Assembly (NCBI GenBank): GCA_010356995.1
Contig: ML996701.1
Span: 124,001-188,000 of the forward strand
Reading direction: 5' to 3'
DNA: 64,000 bases
Origin: Trichodelitschia bisporula
Taxonomy: Eukaryota
Shown here: piece by piece, positions 52,501 to 64,000 of the stretch
Layout: every line of letters starts with the position of its first letter
How positions within the stretch are numbered: position 1 is the first letter of the stretch
Made by a program: the position numbers and the translations under genes
The notes under the pieces: model-generated
The model's input: only the letters and a program-made list of their open reading frames with translations
Told to the model about the DNA's origin: nothing
Databases searched by the model: none

Positions 52501-54568
52501 CCTCAAATTCAATATCTGACCGCTCATTCGTTCGCGCAATCTGGAATTCTGAAAACCCACCTCGGGCGCCTCGCGCGCCATGGCGCTGAAAGAGATGATC
52601 GACGGATTCGGTGATCTGCACGGGATTTGCTTTTTCGTTCTTTTCGTTCCTTCGTTCTCTAACCTATGTTGCGAAAGTGGCGGGGCACGCGCCAGCCGCC
52701 AATCGATCTCATCGACGCCTGGGCGCCGCATATGGCGCACATCTTAGAACACGAATATGCGGCGGACAGCACCAGGTTATTTCCAACATCGCGCCTAGTT
52801 ACAGGACTTGATGTCCAAGGGACCCATTGTTCAGCGGCCGGAACCGGGAGACGTGAGCGCACACGGCGCCTCGAGCATTGCCTCTGTGCAGCGCGGGGAC
52901 AAGGCACTGGCTTAGCAAATCTGTCGGCAGCCAGCGCGAGCGGGGATGGTACTCCATCCACGACGGAGTCGCGCTGTGCAGTAGTTCCCATGTATGAGAG
53001 CCACGCCGGCGGCACGTGCAGTAACCTCACGAGACAGACCGCAAGTCCAGCTCACTGTCACGACTCCCAAGTCAATCCGAAGCCGGTAAGTCAGTGACAG
53101 CAGGTCCCGCCACCACCGGCGCGGTCAAATAAATCCTCCACATGCACACTCCCCGCTAGCCGTCTCACCTCTTCCCGTAGACTGCAGGGCGGGCGCGCGG
53201 TTTCGCGGTTTCGTCGGTTACTCGGCCGTGCTCGATTCAGTTTCATGGCGAAGCGGTCCGTGCGGCACGGCGCCACTGGAGCGGGCGGTCGAGTCCGCGG
53301 TGAGAGCATCATCAGGTAACTTAGGGCTAATGGGGGATACAGTAGAGAAGATGGGAATGGGGCCAAGGATATGCAATTCCAGAATGCGTAGGCCAAGGTT
53401 GTTGCAGGAGCGGGCGAGCCCGCTTCCGACCTTTGCGCGACGCCGCGAGTCCGGGGATGATGCTGGCAACGTTGTAGGACGCTTCATGCGTAGGGGTCCG
53501 AGAGGCCGGGTGTAGTGGGGAGACAATCGGGCTGACTGAGGGAGAAGAGGAGATGTCGAAGTTGCTATCGACAGTTGGTTTGAGAGATATTGCGGCGACA
53601 CCATGTCACTGTTGATGTTTTCTCTTCGAGGCTCGGACAAAGTGGAGGGGGTCGACGTTGTTGTTGTGGTTGCCTCATACCGCCCCACTCGGGACTAGCG
53701 TTGAGCATGGATCCGTTCCGCATCGCATGGCTATCCTTGCGGGCAGCCTTGCGGGTGTTCCCCTCGGACAGGGGAGGCGAGTCGGACATATTTTGTGTGG
53801 CCTGCACAAGTCCTGTGTCGCAACGTCACGCTTTGGTGCTGCGAGAAAGAATGGCCTACGCCGGGCTGTGGGTTGACAGGCTGTGGGTGCTGTGCTCTTG
53901 CAGCTCCCTCTCCCTTTCATATCTGCTGACAATGGTCATTCCCGTCTCTCCTCACCACTCTTGGAGCACGGAACACGACATCGACAAAGTCCAGCCTCGT
54001 GACGTTCAGTCCTCGCGATCTCCACTCCTTGCGCCCTAGCGGGTCGAGATGGTGTTCTCCGCGTGTGGCGTAACAGGGCTCGCTGGCGGTGGGTTTCGAA
54101 TACGGCAAGTCGGGTGTGAAAAGGTGGTGGTGCCTGACAGACGTCTGACGTCGGTCGTTCATCTGCGCTCGTGCCTGATTCATGCCTGGCGCGTGGCAGG
54201 GAGCCCGTTTCGTGTGCGCCAAGTCTCCGGCCGTGTCCCAATTCGGAATGTCTGCGGGCGGTCGAGTGCTGGAGAGGGAAGGGGATGATCGAAGAGGGAA
54301 AGAGGGGAGGAGATGGATGGGGATGGGTGGCAGCTGTCAAGACCGATGGGGGCATGGCGCGGAGCATCAAGAGTCAGAGAGAGGGGTGGGTTTGATGCGC
54401 GCAGCGTGTCCCTTTGCACCCTGCAGCCCATCCCGTGCATCTGGAGGCTTTCTGTTTGGGAAAGGAGAAAGTCTGCTTACGGCCGTTGAGGGCAAGCCAA
54501 AAGTCATGCTGTTGGGCGAGAAGAGGAGGAGAGTTGGAGAGTGAAAAGCAAGAGATACGAGCGAAAGA

Positions 54569-54610
54569 GAGACACGCAGCAGAGACACGCAGCAGAGACA
54601 CGCAGCAGAG
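54569..54610. repeat. 13-bp minisatellite (GAGACACGCAGCA) x3
   Basis: Seen directly. Confidence 0.9.
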
Positions 54611-57600
54611 CCCGGCAACGTCAAGTCGGCAATCCTCACGGTGTGATTCGTCTGCAGAAGTGCGTTCGGAGCTTTCTTCGCCCGGCCGTTTGCAGTTTTC
54701 TGCAAGCGCGTTGTCTGTTTGGCCCATGCCGCGAGTTCCCCAACCGGGTGCATTACCTGTCTTTCTTTCGCAGCTCTCTTCTACCCGCCATCGCCTTATT
54801 TGCTGCATCTAGATTTCCGACTTCCGACTCTCGATTGGCCCCGCCCTTAACGTTATTTGCGCACGCAGTCTATCTCGTTAATCTGTCGTCTTGTCTGTTC
54901 TGTAATTCTGTCGCTTTTCTCGCTTCACTCGCTCGCCCTCTAAACGCACTTCGGGCCCTGCGCCGATCAGCCGCCCCATCAATCTCGCACCCCGCTGCCT
55001 GCCCTCTCTCGCCCTAGTTCAACAGTGTAGCCAGCCTCGCGCAAGGGCACACCACCATCAGCAACCCACTCAGCGCATCCACACCCGTCCATCTCACCTC
55101 TCCCCCTCGCAGCAGCAACGCATTGCACAGCGACCGTCGACCGTCGTACCACGAGAAGTGCTCGTGCCTGGTTACCTTCTACCTCGTAAAGCAAGCAAGC
55201 AAGCCCGCAAGGATGTCCCCCTCATGGAATGTTCCCGCCGCCGTGGCAGCCGCTGGTCGGCAACCCAGTCCAGACAGGGTGCCGTCATTGATGATGATCC
55301 GTCCATCGCGCTGCGAGTGCGTCCCCCGGCCCAGGATCCAGCGCATCCCTGTTTACCCCGTTCTGAGCCCTGCGCAGGGATATCACGTAAATGTATTGTA
55401 CCACTCATTTCCATTCTATACGCGCTTGTCATCCAAGCAACCCTCTACGGTAGGCCTCTCCTCTTCACTACCACCACCAATCCTTCCACCATCATTATAC
55501 CCGACCCCACGACTCCCCAAATCCAATCAGACCATTCTGCACAGCCCCCAACGGAGGTATCCCCCGCACCGTCAGCTCCCCAAGTCTCCTCGCGGCGCGC
55601 ATCATAATTCACAGCAAGCCAACGAAGGTGCGGTACGAGTCTCGACGTCGCCGCGGGTGGCACGTGCGTATTCCTGACGAGGCTTGAAGGGTGGGCGATC
55701 CGCACGGGGCACCACGAGGCAGGTGCGGGCGGGCGTACCTGATCTGTGCCTGGGAGGAGGCGGCCTGAGTGTTTGAAGTGCGGCGCTGCGTCATGTTAAG
55801 CTATGATTAGCATCTGAGGGTTTTGCGGGGAGGCGGTGGGTGTTTTGGGCGTGGGCGCTTTTCTGGTCTGATCTTTTTGAATCACTGGAGAATGCGGCTA
55901 ATCGTGAGGTGTGAGGACAGATATGCTGTGAGAATCACGGCTTTGGATGAGGTTGAGAAGAAGCATCTACGCACGAATTGCCGTTGGCCGGTTAAGAGAA
56001 GTAGATCTGATAGTCGCACAAAGCTGTCGAATAGACTGAGCTTAAGGCGACGGACCTATCATCTCTCCATCCTTCCATCGAATCTTCACCACCAACCAAC
56101 ATCACAACCTCCATCCACGTTCAGCTCTGCCACCGGACCCCGCCCCGCGCGCACCGAAAACACATCCCTCCCTGGCCCGCCGCCAGACGGTGACGCGCAG
56201 CGTCGCAGCGCGATGTTTCGAATAGGCCGATTGGCGCCATCTTTCTGGCTTTGCCCATTTCGTCCTGTTTCCCGCGCAGCCGTTGCCGTTGATGCGCTGC
56301 AGGGAAAAGGGTAGAGGGAAAGCGGGCGTCATCGATCTTTTTCGCTGTGGTACGGCGCGCTGTTTCCATGCTTCTATCTCCACCGACGGATGTCCCATGT
56401 CATGATCTACCCGAGTTTCGTCCGCCGTCGAGTCGTCGATATCCTGGTGAGTTTGAACCTTACCTAGCAGCTTCACTTACCCTACTTTCAATACGCCCAT
56501 CGTCCTCCATACCGTACCACCACCATGTACCGTTGTACACCACTCCATCTACGACTGCAAGGATACACCCCGCAACACCCCATATCCTCACCTGCGAGAT
56601 CCACCTTCCCACCCAGAGCACCACCAGCAACCCCGGCGCGGGACTGTAACACATCTCGCTCGCCCTAATGATCCGCCGGGAACAAGAGAGCCCAAGGAAA
56701 CCCTCGGTCAGCAAGTCCAGCATCAAGCATCAAGCATCAAGCATCACCATCCAAACACCCAATTGCCCAGGGCACGGCGCGAGCCAGGAACCCCGCCTAA
56801 CCTACCCACATACAGTACCCAATCCATATCCAGTACGGGACCCGCAAATCACCCGGACGAGGCAACCAAATGACAGCAGTTCGCCATGCCCAGCACCTTC
56901 CATCCCAGCATCCCATACATGGACCCGTCCCCTCGGCCACCAAGCATCAAACACCAACCCATCATCCCTCCCCGTACCATCCGGCAACCCCAATCCCCGT
57001 CCCCCATCTCCCAAAGCAGACTCCCCCATGAACACCCCCGCAGACCAGTAAACAGGCTCTCTCTCCCAGAGCGCATCCAGCCCCGCGAACGCCGTTGCTC
57101 CCAACAGCATGCGCCCCATGTCCCAGCGGCGCATCATGCCAAACCTCACCACCAGTATCCAAGCATCGCGACCATTCTTGCACAGCCCCACGCTTAACGA
57201 CCCCCGAAACCTCGCCGTCCCTCAGGCTCAGACTCAGTCGTAGAAGGAACGCATGCCCCGTTGAAACGCCCACCACCCCGGGATTGAAACTCCCCGCGAG
57301 TCCCACTCTCCTAACTCAGCCCCGCTAAACATTCAATGCACCACACAGGTAAATGCCGGGTACATGCCGGCGCCGGCGCGTTCCCCATCCGTGAAGCTTC
57401 TCCACAAAGCCCGTGTGTAGAAGTAGAGCGTAGTGTTTAACGATGCGCCATTGACCCCATCCCACCGCTTATTTTTGGAAATTGATAGCCATGTTACATG
57501 CTACAAGCTCCGCAATGCCCATCGTTCCTCACCAAACCCACACACCTGCCTTTCCCCCCTCCCCCCCCCCCCCCCCACAAACATACTACACTTAGCCTTG

Positions 57601-59619
57601 CGCCCTAAGCCCGCACCATCTCAAACCCCCAAAGCGCGGGGTTAAACAGCACAAGCGCAATGCCCTCCGTTCCCCGGCTCGAACCGCAAACCCGAACCGG
57701 CGCATGGTACGTCCTGCGACGCCCGCCCGAACAACGCCCGCCCGAACAACCCCCAAACCGCGATCCCACAACCCCCCCGAACAATGCCGGTGCGCGATCA
57801 AGCCACTACCTCCAAATCTCAGGCACCGCGCCCGAGAGTCCATAAAGTGCCAAGCTCGCCGCCTCGAGTCTAATCGGATGCGCGACCAGGGAAAAGAGGA
57901 ACGAGCCAATTCACGCACAGGCACAATTTATCAAGATCCCATGCACCACGAAATCGAGTAGCATATCTCAGCCTAAACTCCCAAGCTCCATGCCGATCCA
58001 TAAAAATAACATACCGAAATCTAACCCCAAAACCCCCCCTAGCAAGCCACGCGCCACCATCCACACCCACCCTCCCCCTCCCTCCAACGCCCCCCTCGCG
58101 GCGTGGCGCACGCACACGCCCACGGCGTCGCTCGGAGAATAGTCGAAACCTAACGCTAGCGCTTCACCTGTCAAAACGCTTGCTCAGCGTGTCTTGCCCG
58201 GGCGGTTCCCTTGGGTGCCGCAGCCACGCCCTGCCTGATCTGCCCTGCCTTGCCCCAGGGCGTTGTCGGTAGGGGAGGGTACGATTGCGGTAGCGGGTGC
58301 GGGAGGTGCCTGGTGCTGTTTCGTTGTTGCGAGATGGTGAGGGACGGGGCTTGGCCTGGAGTCGTGGGGAAAGACGATGGTGGAGGCGAGGCTCGAGGCT
58401 GCTTGCTTGCTTGCATGGACGAGCGTGAAGTGCGGCAATGGCTGCTGGCCCGCCCGTGAACCCGTACCATATCCTGCAGGGCAGGTGTCGTGGTAGCGCG
58501 TTGTGTGCCAGATGTCGGCCGCGTATGTATGTGTGGGTGTGTGGTGTGCCAGCAAGCAGTCTACTCTGGACGTGCAGGCTGTGGAATTAAGAAATAATAC
58601 GCCCCCCCGCTGCATCGATCAACAAGGCTTCGGCCACAGCTCTCCTCCCCCTCCATCCACTCATATTCTCCAATACTTCTCCCAACTCTTCCCTCCGCTT
58701 AACCCACAGAGCCAGCGGACAATCGGCCGACGAGCCCGGAAACCTAGATCTCAAGCCCTCTCCTCCACTCATCGTCCTCACCCCTCCTCCATCTCATCCA
58801 CATCCTCATCCTCGTTACTCCCCTCCCCCCTCCTCCTCCTTCACCCCCCACCCTAACTCTTTATCATTCTCAAAAAAAGCTTGAGCCCCAAATAAGGTCA
58901 GCGTTGCTAGCAACACCACTCACCATTTGATCGATCGCTGGGGGAAGTACCGCGCCGGCCAGCTGCAGGCCGAATTAACCTTGCCCTCTCTTTCTCTCAC
59001 AAGACTTCATTTCCACAACACAAACCCATCTTGCCTTTGCCCGCTGGCCGTCAGCGTACATAATCGCCGTTTTTTTACCCTGCCTTATTTTTTCGTTGCA
59101 TCCCACCAGGTCGTTCCTCACCTCGTTCGCGCGGCTACTTGCACACTCCAATCCCCCTCCACCCCCCCTCCCACACCCACCCCATCCAAATCTTGTCGTT
59201 GCTGCTTTGCCCTGCTGGCTGCCACCGCTGCTTGCTGCTGCTGCTTCTCCGCTACACAACAACCACCCCACGACAGGTGTCCCGGGGCAGGGAACAACAA
59301 TAACCTTGATCGTGTCCTTGGAAAACCCGGCCTGGTGCAATCCCCGAATCCCAGCGGGGCTCGAATTCGCACCGCCCGAGCGCCTGCCCATCTAGTCAGC
59401 CCAGCAAGCACCCAGCCAGCGAGAGCAAGCAGCAGGGTCAACAAAAGCACCAGCTCGCTGTCGTAGTTCGTTCCCATCCCATCGAATCGATCCCTCATCT
59501 CGGGGAAACACATGGTCCTCCTCGCCGTCTTCGGAATCCAGACCAGCTAAATGCCATTCTGAGCCACGCATCGGAAGCCGCTTGAAGCCGAAAACAAAAA
59601 AGGCCTGCTGAATTTCCTG

Positions 59620-59884
59620 GTATGTATTTCCCCTCATGAGTGACAGTGACCCTGTTCGTGTCGAGGAACCGTTTGCTCAAGTGGAACCGGACGCCTGCTG
59701 CTGTTTCGGCGTCGGCGACGAGAGAGTGTCATGGCAGCGTGTTGCTCTGCTTGTCGCTGTGCCACTATCCACCAGATTCGCCCCTCCTCTTCCCTTCCCC
59801 CCCCTCCCCCCCAAAATCACCCCTGGGTCATGCCCATAAAGCTCGGCCTCGCATCTCCCGAAGTCTTCGTTCTGACATCCACAG
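59620..59884 (+). other. Probable leader intron of the homeobox gene
   Basis: GTATGT donor at 59620; CTGAC branch at 59872 and CAG acceptor at 59882-59884; removes three upstream ATGs. Confidence 0.65.
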
Positions 59885-59965
59885 GAAAACTCTCGTCGAG
59901 GAAATTCAGCAAGTCAACAGCATCACCCCACCAGACAACTCAACAGTGACCACCTTTCGCCCTAC

Positions 59966-61349
59966 ATGGAGGCTCCCATCCGCATTCAATCTCTTGCCCC
60001 GCACTCTCACTTCTTACCACTTCGTTATTGTTCCACAGAAGTTTACCGCCCCAGGAGTAGAGACGAAGAGATGACTTCGCCTCGTAGCTTGTATCCGTTT
60101 GATGCCACCCGTGATGATCGTTCGGCTTCAGCAAGTCAGCAGCATAAACGGACCGCGATCCACTCGCTATCCTCCGGTCACGAATTGTCGGCTGGTTCGA
60201 TGGCAACTCTCCATCGCACTTATCAACCCCGGGAGATCGAGTCCAGCCCGAGGTTGCTCCAACGACAGCCGCAAGACGCACCGATGATGTCCGAGTCGAG
60301 TAGAACGGACCTCCCATCCATCAGGAGTCAGCCATTCGGATCACCATGGGCCGGTCAGGCGCCGCCGGCACCCCCATCTCGTCCAAGATCTCCGAGGGGC
60401 CAACCGCATGGCAAACTCCCATCATTCGGGGAGGTGAGTTGATGAAAATTTAACCATATTTTGATTGTTGCGTTCTCTGATTCGTCTTTTAGCTGCTCAA
60501 CACCATCCAGGATCAACCGCAGCCCAACGTGCGCCCCAATGGAAGAGCAGGCTCTGTACAGGGCCGACCGGATCAGTATGTTACAGCAAGCAACCGTTCT
60601 GCAAGAGTCGTTCACCCACCTTCGTGGCCACTGGCAACCGCTCCTGGAAGCAGTTCGGCAGCTGGTTTCGTAGCAGCATTTTCAGAGCCCAGCTCCCCGC
60701 AAGACTTTTCTGGACGCACGTACAGCCCGTCGAGGCGCCCGAGTCGGTCGTATCAAGACGCCCATCCGTACGGTTCTGGAACTCTCCACCACAGGGCGCA
60801 TACCTTGCCAACTCTCCCTTCGTACCGACTGCCACCTGGAGCACCACCGCCTCAAAGTCAGACACCAACTCGTATCGAGCCGCACGCAAACCCTTTTTCA
60901 GCGTCACCCTTTCTCCCAAACGTTAGCCTGGGAGATGCAAGTCACCTTGGAGAGGATCTTCGGCAGCCGCACGGTGCTCACTGGTCCTACGGAAGGGCGA
61001 ACAGTCCATACAGCGCGAGAAAGAGGCGGGGTAATCTGCCGAAGGAGGCGACAAAGATATTGCGTGGATGGTTTCTTGAGCACCAGGACTCGCCGTACCC
61101 GTCGGAGGACGAAAAGACCCGGTTGTGCGAAAAGACACATCTCCAAATGAGCCAGGCAAGTCCAGAGAGTGGGTCGAACAGACGGCTCCTAACGTTCGCT
61201 AGGTCAACAACTGGTTCATCAACGCACGGCGTCGCCTCCCCAGACAAGAGGCCAAAATGAGGCAGTCTCGCTCATCCACCGTCACGAGTCAAGACTCGAA
61301 CGGTCCCGATCATGGTCAAGGACACTCGCAGCAATCGCCACTTTCGTGA
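59966..61349 (+). CDS. TALE-class homeobox transcription factor (Cup9/Tos8/Meis-like, Homeobox_KN)
   Basis: Exons 59966-60433, 60493-61155, 61203-61349. RKRRGNLPKEATKILRGWFLEHQDSPYPSEDEK...SQ|VNNWFINARRR: PYP loop and WFIN helix 3. Second intron is GC-AG. Confidence 0.93.
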
Positions 61350-63800
61350 GCACTCCCGGTTGGAGCCTGAGTCAGCTTCCGACCGGTTAAGGGGCTATTC
61401 CGCTTCCGACCTCCAGTAAACGACAGACGTTTTTGCTGTCGTTTATCGGTATCCTCACTCGGTATTCCGAGGCCGGATGTTTTCGAGCCGACAGCGCCCT
61501 TATGCGGACTCCGGTGTCTAACGGCAGCCTCACCCGCGTTCTGGATCGCCTATTGGAGCCCAGACGAGCTAGAATGAGTCGGTCCAGATGTCGAGTTTCG
61601 ACGGTGCGGTTGAGCGGTCCTCGAAGGCGCCGGTCAGTTCTTTCTACCATCCGGTCTCGCGCTTGCTGATGCGTTTCCAGGATATCCCGAGGTGATGGTC
61701 AAAGTAACACATGGCCGAAGAGCTGTAATTTTTAGTGAACTCTGTTCCGAGCCGTACGCTTGTGCAGAGTGGAAGAGTGGGTTGTTGGGTAATGCTGGAA
61801 GGAGGCCGGATTCATGTTTAATGACTGAACGATGACGACGGGAATATGTCGATACAAACCTCGAATAATCTTAATCAGCGCCGTCGACAGGTTGCCCGAT
61901 TGGACTTTGCTCCAGCCATGGGAGGTGGTGGGGTTCGAGTTGAGTGGATGGTACGGAGATCGTCGTCATATTGATCGGCCAATGGTCTTTCTGACGTGCA
62001 GCTTCCGAAGTTGGCGTGGACATCTTTACTCGTGCGTTGTCAGCTAGTTGACCATAATGTCTGTTGTAGCAGGTAGCAATAATGCCTAATTCAGTCGTTT
62101 GCGAACCACAGGGTGCTTCTGTCGGCCGCTGGGCGTTGCGGTGAGCTGATGGGGCCGGACAGCAAGGTTCAACAACACTGGGAAGCAGAACTGAGACATG
62201 ATCCAAAGCAGGAAGCTGAATTGGTTGCAATGACAAAGTGGTAGCATCTCGTAACAAGGTGACGTGAGGATGCTGGAACGCAAAGAGAGAAAAGCGGACA
62301 GAAAGTAAGTTCATAAGTAGCGGTAGAAGGTCCAGAGAGAGCCATGAACAGACAAAGCGACCCCAACTGTCGTCAAATTTCCGGCAGGTCAAACTGGGTG
62401 CCTGCACCTGCGTCGGCTTCGTTCCCGCATAACACCCGAACCCGTCTCGGACGGCAAGCAAACAGACGACAGACGAAATAGAGACATAAAAAGATGATGA
62501 AGGGGAAGAAGAAGACACGTCAAGGGACTGGAGAAGACGAAAAGGAAGAGAAGGAGAGAAGGGAAGAAGGAAATTCTCTCGACTTATGTACGACGTCAGA
62601 GGTACAGTCAATCCTGCCCCGCGATGGGACTTTGGGGGAAGGTACAAAGGAGATAGTTCCTGCCCGATGTGCTCTGGACCAGTCGCTGATCTCCAAAGAT
62701 GGAAGGCTCGATAAAAACGCCCCCTTGCCCGCTTCAACTTCCATGGCAGGGATTAGAGGCCGCCCTACGGTCGAACCCGAGCCCAATGCCAGTCTGTGCG
62801 CGCATATGGGCAACCGGTAGATGCGCAGGTGGCTTGCTGCCCGAACTATTGACATCTTGACTCTTGCAGGTCAGCGTACACCTTGGTATATTGTTGAAAG
62901 TATTGATGGACACTGTGCATTGAAAAGCCACTTCGCCCTTCAGTAGAATGCATTTCTCCTAGCCCGGAAGGCTGGCCTTGTCATCAGAAACGACCATCTC
63001 TGACGGAAGCCGTCTAGACCCTTCACCAAAGAAAAGTGGCCGTGTGGGGAGCGGATGCGTCATTAATGCGGGGAGACAGAATGGAATTCACCTCAACTCG
63101 CGGGTCGGGACGAGGTGCACTGTTCAAGTGGGCAGCCTAACGGACATCACTTGCGCCGTTGAAGTTGGCGCCCGTATATTGCCGTAAACGCACTTCTACG
63201 TCCGTAGTGGCTTGCAGAATATTGGCATCTAGCGCATCGGTGGCGGTCCGTTAACATTGGCCCATAATCCGCTTGACTCTCTCATGAGAGGCATAAAATT
63301 GGTATCTTCCTTCTTCGAGACCCGCGATCGATGGCTTCGGAGTTCATTACCTGTATTGGGGCAGCTTCGTGATGCTCAAGGACGGCTCATGCTAAGTGGG
63401 AACGGTTGTGCATTATTGAGGCGTAGTTGGAGGCTCTCTCGGCTGAACCGTCGGTCGCTTCGACCTTGTATGTATTGGCGGAGGAATCTCCGAAGCCGGG
63501 GTGGGACTCGGTATTCCAGAGCCAACGTCGAGTCAGCATCAGGATTCAATCCTCAATATCATCTACCACAACTAGAGCCACGACGTGCAGTAGCTGCATA
63601 GTTAGCTGCTGGCCAATGACATTCATAGTTCCTTCCTAATATACATAGCGGAGTGGTATTTGCGCCCAAATGACACCATGATATGCTTACGCCCAGCTCC
63701 TTGTACGCATATGGCCTTTGACCCATGCGATATTGCCCATAAAACGCCTTGAGCCTCAAAGGCCGTATGCGTCACCTCGTAGCCAATGCAATAATTTCGC

Positions 63801-64000
63801 TCATCTCCCCGACTCGCTCTCTCCCTCGGGAGCTTCTATGACGGGGGGCTTCTTCTTCTCACCCAAGCTCGCGTAAAGCTGTGAGTTATCCTCTGGTTCC
63901 GTTCCCATTTGCACCGGCTTGTTTCCCCGAAAGCGCTTGCGCATGTCGATCATGCCGCGCTTACAGTCGCCGTAGCCCTTCTTCAACTGTTGGCACCGGA
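63801..64000 (-). CDS. PET191: Cytochrome c oxidase assembly factor Pet191/COA5, 3' part; starts beyond the right edge
   Basis: RCQQLKKGYGDCKRGMIDMRKRFRGN: CX9C plus the conserved DMRKRFRGN motif. Confidence 0.9.
   Translation of the reverse strand, partial: RCQQLKKGYGDCKRGMIDMRKRFRGNKPVQMGTEPEDNSQLYASLGEKKKPPVIEAPEGESESGR

Noticed and set aside
61871..62820. 288-aa minus ORF and overlapping acidic plus ORF
   Set aside because: Low-complexity purine tract; no recognisable domain or splice structure.
1..64000. tRNA, rRNA or TPP riboswitch
   Set aside because: GGTTCGA-type hits lack cloverleaf context and no TPP aptamer core was seen by eye; a tRNAscan-SE/Infernal run would be decisive.

Overview
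Eukaryotic, GC-rich genomic DNA from a filamentous ascomycete (Pezizomycotina; class not determinable), with very short (mostly 42-59 nt) spliceosomal introns and one 140-N assembly gap. About 14 protein-coding genes can be reconstructed by hand-splicing: a PTH11-type integral membrane protein (partial), a DAL5-family MFS permease, a HAD hydrolase, an RCR-family membrane protein, a cupin, a secreted 5'-nucleotidase-like metallophosphoesterase, DOA1/UFD3, two BTB/POZ proteins (one possibly broken), a WHI3-like RRM protein, a glutathionyl-hydroquinone reductase (ECM4/Gto type), an ARF-like domain fused to three copies of an unnamed domain, a TALE homeobox factor, and the 3' end of PET191. Between genes are degenerate tandem duplications carrying hairpins, a gag-like relic and long gene-free tracts upstream of the two developmental regulators. 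The most interesting signals are: (1) the ARF-like fusion, which looks like a pseudo-GTPase; (2) dense clusters of the Whi3 recognition motif (U)GCAU on both sides of the WHI3 CDS itself; (3) the homeobox gene, whose recognition helix depends on a GC-AG intron and whose leader holds tandem in-frame uORFs; (4) repeats with conserved palindromes. No tRNA, rRNA, CRISPR or intact transposon was seen. All family calls come from motif recognition, not database searches.
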